Shown piece by piece: positions 12,661 to 23,200 of a stretch of DNA of 64,000 nucleotides (the stretch's first letter is position 1; every line of letters starts with the position of its first letter). Origin of the DNA: Lama glama. Taxonomy: Eukaryota. The translations under genes and the position numbers were made by a program. The stretch lies in NCBI GenBank assembly GCA_028534125.1, contig CM052817.1, forward strand, positions 16,122,001-16,186,000, in the 5' to 3' direction. The notes under the pieces were generated by a model. The model worked only from the letters and a program-made list of their open reading frames with translations, made no database searches and was not told where the DNA came from.

Positions 12661-15600
12661 AAGTACGGTCAGGAAGCTACACAGTTCACCTGTTTGAATG
12701 TCAGCTCTGATGGGTACAGACTTTTCTTAAAATGGTGCTACATGAAATGCTTTTAAAATGATTGCTTAATTGGTGGTGGGAATGGAGCAAGAGAAAGGAT
12801 GCTATTTCAACTGGGGAGAAGCTAATTTTCAGTCTAACAAATACCAACCTATCAAAATCTTTTCCAGTGTATTTTCTCCACTAGAGTGGAGAATATGACT
12901 ACCCATTGAGATTTAAAAATGAGCATCCTTCCAGGTTTGCCCAGTATAAATCCTGCTTTTAACAGGTGAGTTTAGGGGACTGATGGTATTTTACAAGCTG
13001 GTACTTACCCCCAATTTTGTGGGCAAATGGTACCTACTCCTTGAATCCACATAGCTCAAAGTAATTCATCTGCCTTGCTTGTTTAAGAATTTAGGAAGGT
13101 AAATATTTGGGCCAGATTTGCTTCATTAAATGAATTTCCAGAAAAAATGGGAATGCCAAACAGCAAACAGGATTTAAAATGGCAATTGAATTTAAAATTC
13201 AGTACTGTTCCTTATGCAAACCACCACGATATTATCACACTTTTCTTCTCTGCTTTATCAATCCATATTTCTCTCCCCATTTTCTTCATTTTCCCCATTC
13301 TCTGCTTTTCATGCCTCACCATCCATTGTTTTGTGTCTTAGATACTCTAGGATTTGCAGCAAAAGTTCCAGGTCCACATGTAGCTAAGGTTGTGCAGATT
13401 GATCATGCTAATAAAGAAATACGCTCAAGGTTTTATCACCAACTGTAGCCCAAACTTCAGAGCATCAAGGATCACAAAGAAAGAAGTTCCAATCTTTTAT
13501 TTGAAAGTGGAGGAGTCAGGATGAGACGACACCAGATCTGCCTGACTGATCCCAGTGAGGCCAGGGGACTTCTTGTCTCTAATTCGTCTCATCTGCTCTG
13601 TCACTTTCGGGACTCAGGAACATTGAAAGAATTTACCCATCGTAACTTCTGATTCTCGAAAGTTAACTTTATTGAATGCCACAATCCACATCCAGCTGGT
13701 TGTGTAGGATGGATATCAGATTGGAGTAAGGATAAATTCTACAACATTGACCGAGTCATCAGTCTGTGTGAAAAGAAAGAGAGAGCTAGAGAGGAAAATC
13801 AGTCACCCCTCTACTGCTCCCAGAGAAAGAAGAAAAAAATAAACACAGGAGAGAGAAGCACATGCTGTAAACACAGCCCACCTTTTATTGCAGAGCGCCT
13901 GCTCTGTATCCAAAGGCTTTGCAATTATTTGGCTATTACTTATCTTTAAACATCAGCTAAAGAGATCTAGCATTTTCGAAAGGTAATTATACCGTAATGC
14001 AGATGGTAGTAATAACAATTACCCAAGATAAGCCCTTGCAATGATCTTTACAAAGCAAAGCAGAGCAGAAGTAGGACTGACTCATGAAGGACCTCCAGTG
14101 GAGAAGGCTGCATGCGGTAGCCAGATCGTCCCCTGGAAAAGTGACAGGCAGGTGCTACCACTCTCATCCCTGGAGGCCAGGCAACATGGAGGATAATCAC
14201 TTTGTAAGTTTAAAAAATTCCTGATGTAGGGACAATTCCTGAGAGTCCTTATTTGCTGTGAAGCCTACCCATCTCAAATGGAAAAGATTTCTTCCCCTGC
14301 CTCGTGCAAGCCAACTTTGGCCTCGATTCTCATATCTGAAACTGCCTGCCACACACATTTCTGTGGGGAAGGATTTAGCCTACAACATGATAGTTGTTGA
14401 AACAGGGGGATCTAATTGCTTAGCAATCATTAATTGCTATAAATAGATGACTTCTGGGAGTCAATGAACTATAAGCAAAAGAGACAGTGTGTTTGAATGT
14501 CACGCTTGTGCTCTGGATATTTTTATGACTTGTCAGTGGTTCCGTAAAGAACTCACACAGCACAAGGTGCCTAGTCAACCTGGACTGATTGAAATTGCCA
14601 GTTAGAAACAGATCATTCTTCTTTTAAACCTTGACCACCCTTCTAACAAATCAGGAGGTGCATTGATGATGCATTGCTAAGGAAAGCTAGTCTCAGCCAT
14701 CCAAGAAGGAAAAAAAAAAAAAAAAGAGAACACAGAGGAGGTACTATCTGATCTTTGCTATTTTCTGGGGCATAAAATAACAACCTGTCATCTACCTTTT
14801 GCAGGTCATTTTTGTCACATTGCAGGCCAAAATGAAATTTGACCTCCATTTTCCAGCTACGCTGGTGATGATAAATTTTATGCACACAGAGCAAATGAAC
14901 AGGAGGCCAGAGAGAGTCAGATTAGGGTGGGATTATTCATCCTGGAGCTTCCCCAAGGGAAGGGGGCACTTCTCTCCTTAGAACTTCTGTCATCTTCCTT
15001 CCTCTGGGTCCTCACTTGGTGCCCACATCTTGACCACTTGGCCCGAGTAATTCCACCCTCAGCCTTGCTGCCTTCCTCCACTGCTAGCCCCTTCGCTCTA
15101 TGACTTAAAGAGGAAGAGCGATCGTTTCTCTGAGTTATCTCATTCCGAGATCCGAGCAGGGTGCTCATTTTTTCAACAAAGCAGTAAATAAATTCCATAA
15201 ACACCTCTGTCAAAGATCCCAGCATTGCAGCAGGAAGGAGCCACCTCACAGAGGAGAAACTGCCATAGACTCCAACTACCAGGGACAGCTTTGCCATGGG
15301 AAACGCAGAAGTAAGCGAGCTGCCAGGGAGCAGTTTCTCACAAACCTGATGAATCAGCTAACTTCTCCCTGGCGGTGGAGCTGGGCTTTGTGAAGGAAGC
15401 TTACCTTTACTTGGAGCTCACCTGCTAACGTTGCTAAGCAGCGGACATTCTGACTTAAACCCACCCCCATCACAAAGCAACAAGGAGTCTGCAACCTTTG
15501 TGCAGCCCCAAACATCATGTTCAAAAATCCCTTCAGTGCTCAGGGAAATCCTAAACAGCCTCAGATTCCTTTTTCCTCCCTCCCTACTGTCTCCCTCCTG

Positions 15601-15829
15601 CACGGGTTTACCAAGGCCAAGCAACTTTTGACAGCAGCTCATTTCGGGACTCTCTAAGCGTGGAATCCAATTGGTCCCCACTAGAATAGCTGGTTGTGAT
15701 TCAACACTGTCTTATGAAATACAGTTGCCCCTCAGACCTGCATGAGCTGGAATCTCTAAACAATAAAATTACTTACTAGGTCTGTTTCAGTAGGAAGTAC
15801 ACATGCACACACACATTCATTCATTTAAA

Positions 15830-16130
15830 GCCTCACTTGCATCCAGCCTCTCCTCTGATCAAAGCCATCCAATTCATTCATCTAGAATGAATGACAAACC
15901 CCTTCCCTTGGCCCACAGGGTCCCCACTCCTACTCTGATATCATCTCCTGCTCCTCCCTCACTCACTTCTGCTCCAGCCATTTCTCTTCGCTGTTCCTCA
16001 GTGACGCCAAGCACATGCTCACTGCAAGGTTAGGGCTGGGGTTAGATGTGCCGTTCCTTCTGCTAAGACACCTTTCCTCCAGGAGTCCAAGCATAGTCTC
16101 TTTGCACTCAGGTCCCCCATTCAGAGTCCT
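15830..16130 (+). mobile_element. L2 fragment
   Basis: cttcccttggcccacagggtcc...ctcactcacttctgctccagcca...gccgttccttctgct. Confidence 0.6.
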
Positions 16131-16159
16131 CTCCTTTCTTGACTGGCAGCTCCTCTAGA

Positions 16160-16465
16160 ATCCTCTTAGTTTGGGTTCTGTGAGCAGAATGTTTATTTGA
16201 ACAGTGATTCCAGGGAGCTGGTGTGAGGTGGGGCGGGAGAGAAAGCCAACGGCAGGAGAAGATGGAGCTGGTGACCACTGCGGGTAACTGGAACTCAGTC
16301 CTGCCAGACGGAAGGCTGCTCCCCGCCCAGGACGAGCCAGCTCCTCAGCTTTGGAGGAAGTGCCACAGGTGGGCAGTTGCTATAGGCAAAGGCACCTTCC
16401 CCACCGGCAGCCAAGGTCAGAGAGGGGCTGAAGGGGCGTGACGTGGGACCACGTCAGCCTCCGCT
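16160..16465. mobile_element. Old ERVL LTR fragment (LTR33/LTR41-like)
   Basis: tcttagtttgggttctg...tttatttg...gtgattccaggga...ggtgaccactgcgggtaactggaactcagtcctgc resembles LTR33-type LTRs. Confidence 0.5.
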
Positions 16466-16589
16466 CCGTCCCTCTCGCCTTCTTAGGATGCCTCTTCCTG
16501 TTCACCCCTGACATAGTATATGGTGACTGGCTGACTCATTGATCATCTCTCCCTTTTCCGTCTCCACTCCCATCCCCCAAAACACACGC

Positions 16590-17270
16590 ACATAAGCTCT
16601 AGGAGAACAGAGAGCTTGCAGGTTGGTTCTCTGCTACGTCTCCAACACCTAGACAAGGGCTGGGCAGGCTTGATTAGATAAATTCCTTTATTAATGTATT
16701 TGCTCAGATATTTTTGTAATAACCATTGACTGGGCTGTACCTGGGCCAAGTGTTAGGGTGTCAGAAGTGACAGGAGCTCAGTTATACACAGCTGGTCACT
16801 GTTTCCCAGCTGCTTCCTAAATCTCTGCCTGGGGTCCCCATGTGATTCAAACCACACTCAGGAGGGAGAGACTGTGCCACATTGTTGTCGTGGTTCTGCA
16901 GAACCTAGCAGAGGCCAGAGTTCTCAAGAGATGCTCATGAACTGAGCTGCCCACCTGGAAAATCCCTGGCCTGGAAAAATCTCACAATCCACGGGTGGAA
17001 ATAGCCACAGAAAGTAGTAATAATATAACATCACAAGGGCAACAAGTGAGGTCTATACAGAGAGCCATGAGCACAAGGAAAGGGAACAAATGATCTGGGG
17101 GAATCTGAGAAAGCGCCACCGAGGCAGGGACATTTCCACTGGGACTTGAAGAATGAGTAAGAGTTTGCCACTCAAGGGCAATAAATGCATTCCTGGCAAA
17201 GGGGGTGGCTTTTGCCACGATCAGGTAGCGTATGACGTTACACACATCTGGAGCATGGAGCACGTTGGCG
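16590..17270. mobile_element. Cluster of L2 fragments (+ 3' end ~16590-16700, - fragments ~16700-16780 and ~16990-17270)
   Basis: taagctctaggagaacagagag...tctccaacacctagacaagggctgg; cttgaagaatgagtaagagtttgcca...gcattcctggcaaaggg. Confidence 0.55.
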
Positions 17271-17344
17271 GGGGCTGAACACTGCAGCGTAGCCTTCATC
17301 AGCCAGAAATAAATTCCCTTAAAAAATCTAAAGTGAAAGACTCT

Positions 17345-18110
17345 GATACCAGGTGTGGGTGGAAAGGTACAGAAGCAGGCATTCTCTGACACTGCTGGTG
17401 GGGCTGTCAGTCAGTACCACCTTTTTGAAGGATAATTTATTGATATCTAGTAAAGCTGAAAATATAATTCCCCCACAGTTGAACCATTTCACTCCTGGGT
17501 ACGTGCCCGAGAGGGACGTGCTCACAAGCAAAGGGAAAGACATCCTTGAGGATGTCATGAACAGCCCTTTTGATAATTGTGAAAAAATGGGGGGGACATC
17601 TAGGTCTCCACCCATCGGGGAAGTGATACCTATGCATAAGCAATAAATAAATCATGAAATTTATGTCTAGAGGAGTTTAAATGAATGAAGGAGACCTACA
17701 TCATTCACACGGAGAAATCTCTGCTGTAATATTGAGAAAAGAAAGCAAGTCACAGAAGGGTACTTGCATCATGATACTATTATGTAAATCTTACAACTCA
17801 GGGAACTTTAGACTGTGTGTGGACCATATGACTACATAATAAAGGGTAAAACCAGGTACAGACTCCATGGACTAGTGGGGATCCATGAGACGCGAGAGAG
17901 GCTAATGGGACTAGAAAGCGGGCAAAGGGAGATTTAAAGTATCTGAAATGTGTTATTTTTTAAGCAAAAAAAAAAAAAATTGCTTTAAGTGTGCCAAACT
18001 GTGAGCATTTGTTAAATATGGATGTTGGACACACGGGTGTTTTTAGGCATTTGTTATATTCGTCTCTGTGCTTTTCGTACTCTTCAGAAAGATTTTGTAT
18101 TTTTTTAAAT
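17345..18110 (+). mobile_element. Old L1 (L1M/L1ME) ORF2 end and 3' UTR
   Basis: acactgctggtgggg...gtaccacctttttgaagg...atttcactcctgggta...aaagcaagtcacagaag...atgatacta. Confidence 0.75.
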
Positions 18111-18229
18111 GGCCAAAGGAAATTCACTTGAAAGAGTGACTCATATAGTTTTCAGTCCATGGCTTCACTGATATTGAGGTGATTCTGTTTTCTACATTCA
18201 AACAAAAAGTCAGGGACTGTTTGCTCTAC

Positions 18230-18410
18230 TCATTCGTTCAATCATTCAGTCCATCAACAAGCATTTATTAAGTGTCCATTATTTTAAAAGCTACCATTCT
18301 GAATAACTGGAGAGGATTCCTATGTGTGCAAAAGTCAAAATCCTCAACTTCAATGCACATACAATCTATCAAGGGTCAAAGGACATATACATTCAAATAG
18401 CTCCCAAACA
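18230..18410 (-). mobile_element. L2 3' end
   Basis: cattcgttcaatcattcagtccatcaacaagcatttattaagtg. Confidence 0.6.
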
Positions 18411-18889
18411 CATAAGTATATAGAAATTGTATGTTAGAAAACTACATCCCCATAATGCACTTTAATTTTTTTATTAGTATATGGTTGGTATCAGTGTGAA
18501 ATACAGTTGGAGCATCCTATCTCGGCAGATCTAAAAGGAAAGGACCTTACACACTCAGGTTATGACTTTTCTTAGGACAAGGAGTCAAAAGTTAAATTCC
18601 TAACCCTCACCCCCATCAACACAAACACACTGGCCAGAAGAAAATGAAGACAAATGGTAGCTCGTTCCACCTGCATGTCGTTCACAAGCAGACTCAGCCA
18701 TTTTTAAAGTCATATTGATTATTGCAGCTACTCCCCAGGCCTGGGACTGAGAAACAGCAACTCTAGCCAGGCCCCCGGTCTTTTGCTCAAATAAGACAGT
18801 GGCTTAAAATCCAGAGTCAGGAAGGAGAGAGTACTCACTCTGTCCCTGCTCCCTTCTGATCTCGTATAATCCAGCATTTACTTCCTTAT

Positions 18890-19260
18890 TAACTTTTTAA
18901 ATTATAAAAGTAATACATAAATACATTATCCTTCTGAAACAGAAGAACAGAAGTCCACATTTAAATAGTATGGAAGTCTCTCTTCAATGCATTTATCTAC
19001 GTTCACAAACGTATATGTTTGTAACATAAATGGCTTATCATGCAAGGAAAATGCTTTTTTTTTCACTTGACAATAGTCTTGGCAATTGTTCAATGTCATT
19101 GCTAATAGTTTTATTTGTAACCTTCATTTAAACAGGTACAGCATATTCTACAGTATGGTTACAGAATCATTGGTAAGCATTCCTGTCCCGATGGACATCA
19201 CAAGTGTTTCTAATTTCATTGCAATTTTAAAGAATGCTGCAATTAATTTCCTTGTGAAGC
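18890..19260 (-). mobile_element. Old L1ME 3' fragment
   Basis: ttataaaagtaatacat...gatggacat...gtgtttctaattt...aatgctgcaattaatttccttgt. Confidence 0.65.
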
Positions 19261-19299
19261 TCAATTCTGCACAACCAGGCACTGTTTTCTAGCTGCTTC

Positions 19300-19450
19300 A
19301 TATATCTCTGTCTCAGGCCCCAGTATGATTCAAAGAACAGTCGGGAGCGAGAGTAAGTCATGTATTTTTGTTGTTGTGGTTCCAGTGACCATAACACACA
19401 GCCAGGCATGTGCAGGTACTCAAGAGACGCTCATAAACTGAGAACATTTG
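19300..19450 (+). mobile_element. L2 3' end
   Basis: ttccagtgaccataacacacagccaggcatgtgcaggtactcaaga. Confidence 0.55.
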
Positions 19451-21049
19451 TGACCTTGGTGCTCCCACTGTCTCTAGCCTTCTGATGAGTGGAGTGTGCG
19501 GGGTGAAAGCTGACAACTGGCATCTCGTGCATTTCAGACACTTTAATAAATATTCAGTGATCCCAACAACTTGAATAAACCAAAGCACTGTGCCAGAAAG
19601 TTGGAAAACTGTCCCTGTGAGTCAGCTCTCTTCCTCCTTGGCCTTCTAGGGGCAGAGAGGACACAGGCCCCATCCTCAGCCCCAGCAGAGGGTCAGCCTA
19701 TTCATCCTCCCCCCAGGCCCCTCCAAACAAGACGCCTGCCAGGCTCCTCTCTCAAGTGGGTCCAGGCAAGGTCATTACCTGGCAACATGAACCCTCCTTA
19801 TCTCCCTGGCCCTATTTCAGAAAAGAGTCATTGACAACAGGGATTCAATCTCCCTTCGAAAGCCCTTTCCCAGATAAACAAGCTTTACAGAATCCACCGT
19901 GTGCATGACCTTTTGAGAGGCCAAGTCATCAAATCAGCAGGGAGGAGGCCGAGGAGGTGTCTGTCCCTGTCACCAGGAAAAGGCTCTCTCTCCAAACAAG
20001 GTTTGTGGCCCCAGAAAGCGCTTACAAGAGAGACTGGGGATCCGTAACCACAGAGGCAGCTCTGAAAATGAACAATTACCAGTTAAACAGGGCACGGCTT
20101 TGAGAATCCAACCTGAGGTCCGCGCACGAGAAGGCCTCATGATGGAAGATGACACATCTCCAGCCGTCTGGAAGCACAGAAACCCCTCCTGCGGCTGTTT
20201 TCCACTAAGACTAGACAGTACCGGAGAGTCACCCTTTCAATACAGAAATGATAAACTGTTCAAAGAAAGTGACAGAGGGAGTAACTAAAGAGAAAGATAG
20301 ACAAGAGAAAAAAGAAAAGAGAAAAGAGAGAGAGAATAAAGAAGTATTTACAAGCTTGGCACAAAAGCATAAAACATCTTTGAATATGAAAATCTTTTCG
20401 CCTGCAGACTCCCAGGGGGCGAGGCCATGATGAAGCCCCGATGTGAACGTCTGATGGACAAAGTGAGGACCAAGGAGATAAAGAGGGCAAGTAGCTCTTT
20501 GAAGGAAAGGGAATGAGCCAAAGTTCTGATTTAGGAGAGGGTTAAATTCTGGATGACTTGAACTCAATGAACTTGACTCTACGCCTACAGGCGCTTTGAA
20601 GTGTTCGTTGGAGAAATGTATTGTTCATTGTTACCGTGAAATTAAGTGGCTGGAGCAGAGCGTGAGCTCTAAAAATAAATGTTTTAGGGATCTGCTTACT
20701 CTAGATGTAGAATTGAAACCCTCACTGAGTCAACTCTCGTGGAGACTCTGCCTGAAAATAAGTCAAAGAGGTAGAAAACCAAATTTTAAAGGGAAAAAAA
20801 GTGGAATATGATTAGGAAACTGGCAGAATCAGCCACATCCTGATCAACAAGTATTTAATGAGGACCTTCCATGAGTACAGTGTGATGTCAGTAAAACCCA
20901 CACAGGGCCAGCAAAGAGTTAAAGGACTAACGGAGCCAAAAGGAGCTTTTCTGCTAAGACAGCCTGGTTTGACAGCAGCGAATACGTCTGTCTACTGAGC
21001 ACTGGAATCTGGTCCTCTAATCAGTGCCGTAGGCTGACCCACTGCAATC

Positions 21050-21145
21050 CAAGCTTTTAGAGGGTGAGAATCTTGTCTATATTCCTCATCCTGGTAAACA
21101 GAGGCTGCTTAAGAAATATTTGTTGAATAAATTAAATAATAAATG
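21050..21145 (+). mobile_element. L2 3' end
   Basis: aagcttttagagggtgagaatcttgtct...gcttaagaaatatttgttgaataaatt. Confidence 0.6.
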
Positions 21146-21775
21146 ACAGGAAGGATGGAAGGGAGGGAAGGAGGAAGGCAGGACTGAAGGGCAAGAGGAC
21201 AGAGAAGGCTATATTCCTCAGTGAACCCCCTTCCTAGGATAATTTTCCGGGAAACTATTCCTTCCCACCTCCACAGACCCCTCAGCATCCTGAAAGATGA
21301 CAGCAGAGAATGAGAGCTGGCAGGAGAGCTGTGAACGTCAGGGTGTGAGCACCAAACTCATCGCCCCTCTTTTCCAAAATAGCGCTTTTATTCCCAACTC
21401 CTCTCCAGCACTTAACCCCACTCGCCCTTATTAGTTGCTTACGAGCTTGTTACCTGATCTTGTCCATGGAGAAACTGGGTCTGGCAGAGACATACACAGG
21501 GGCCTCTCAAGTTCAACACTGAGTATTAACAGCAGAAAGCTCCATGAAATAAATGTCATGTTTTCCTCTTATTTTTTGATGGTGTTAGACCATGGGTCCA
21601 CCTAGTGATGGGATTCAGAGCATCTCAAGGCACCACCCATCATCGTATCTCATACTAAGTTATCCTCCTCACATTTCTTGTACCTTAGAATGTAGGGAGA
21701 GCTCAAGATGTACCTTTTAAGTGCATGAAAACTTCCTTTGGGACCAGACACCAGGGCGATCAAAAACCAACAAGA

Positions 21776-22086
21776 TTTGCAAATCTCAAACTCCCAAATT
21801 TATCCCTTCCCACCTCCTTTCCCCCAGTTACCATAAAACTTTTTACTATGTGTATCAGTCTGTTTCTGTTTTGTAGATGAGTTTGAGATTTGCAAATGTT
21901 AACCACTGTATATAAAAATAAATAAAAAACAAATTTCTTCTGTATAGCTCAGGGAGCTATATTCAGTATCTTGTAATAACCTTTAATGAAAAAGAGTATA
22001 AAAATGAATATATGCGTGACTGGGACATTATGCTGTACACCAGAAACTGACACATTGTAACTGACTATACTTCAATTAAAAAAAAA
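21776..22086 (+). mobile_element. Young 5'-truncated, 5'-inverted L1 (camelid/cetartiodactyl type)
   Basis: 21776-21883 is the reverse complement of L1 3' UTR (compare 59841-59950); 21879-22086 is forward with poly(A); TSD aaaaaccaacaaga at 21762-21775 and 22087-22100. Confidence 0.9.
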
Positions 22087-22143
22087 AAAAACCAACAAGA
22101 CCAGAAGGAAGACTACCAACCAAAAGGAGAGATGTCAAGATTA

Positions 22144-22557
22144 CAGATAGAGACTTCATATAACCTACAGACATTTAGCAAGTGACACCTGTCATAAAAA
22201 TTATGATGTGAAATTAGCAAAAGGTAACTTGAAAGTCATGTTCAAAATGTCCACCCTTGACCTCTCTACACAGTAGATCTGCACTCACAAGTCTTGACTC
22301 CACGCTTCCAACCTGGATAAGAACTACCAGGGCTCTTCTTCACAGGAAACATCATCAGTGTGTGGCACAGTTTTTGCTCTAAACACAGTCCCCATGTAGA
22401 AAACACTGATGTCAGAGTCAGGATATTTGGGACTCCTTCTGCTGCACGTCATATTAAAAAGTCTGTTGCTACAGTTAAGAAACCATGCATTTTCGGTGTA
22501 AAGTAACCCATGTTCAAAAAGAGCAACATAGAGGTGAACATCAGAAACTTTTGACAA
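22144..22557 (-). mobile_element. Decayed Tc1/mariner-superfamily (DD37D/maT-like) transposase C-terminal relic
   Basis: Minus-strand translation gives FLN..NR, SPKYPD/(frameshift)LTSVFSTWG..LEQK and ESRL...LCREVKGGHFEH (GGHFEH at 22238-22255); TA|CAG at 22142-22146 is a possible terminus. Confidence 0.6.
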
Positions 22558-22939
22558 TTGGAGATTTAAAGTAGGTCTGGGGGGAATGAAATCCTGAATG
22601 ATTAAAACTCAAGCTTTCAAAGAGGCAAGGCCAAGTTCAGCTAAGTTTCTCTCTTGGCTCAGGGCAACTACAGCTCCATTCTTTGGGCTCAGGGCAATAA
22701 CGTTTCCATACTGGAGTCAAAACTTGGAAGTCAATTGCAGTAAACTACCTGGGTCCTTTTTGCCTGAACTCATTCCCTGGTAAAGATGTAGAAATTTTAT
22801 TTAAAAAAGACAGACGACTATTCGGCCAAGTGAAAAAGCCAAGTTAAGATACCACAGGAGGTATAAGCAAATCACAAAACCATAAGAATAGGAATAAATA
22901 TCTGGGCCAGACCGCTTTCCCCTAATTAGGAAGTCCACA

Positions 22940-23200
22940 ATTTTGTGTGGAAAAAAAAATATATATATACACAATACACATGACTCTAAGTTACATGAAA
23001 GAAAAATTAGGCTTCCAAAGTGTACGTGCAATATTACTTCAAATCTTTTATTTGAACATTTCTATAAGCAAAAGCCTGAGACCAGATTAAAAAATGCTAA
23101 CAGTAGTTGCAATGAGGTGACAGAAATTTATGTAACTTTTAAATATTTTCTTTTGACTTTTAAAAAATGTTTCTGCATTTTTCACATACTTTCATAAAGC
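22940..23200 (+). mobile_element. Old L1ME 3' UTR fragment
   Basis: aaaaatgctaacagtagttgc...gaggtgacagaaatttatgtaacttttaaatattttctttt. Confidence 0.5.

Noticed and set aside
13520..13593. 10-bp inverted repeat gatgagacga/tcgtctcatc (pre-miRNA-like?)
   Set aside because: A 54-nt loop and short stem; a few such matches are expected by chance in a window this size.
14917..15297. 126-aa ATG ORF on the minus strand
   Set aside because: No recognisable family; length is compatible with chance in 64 kb.
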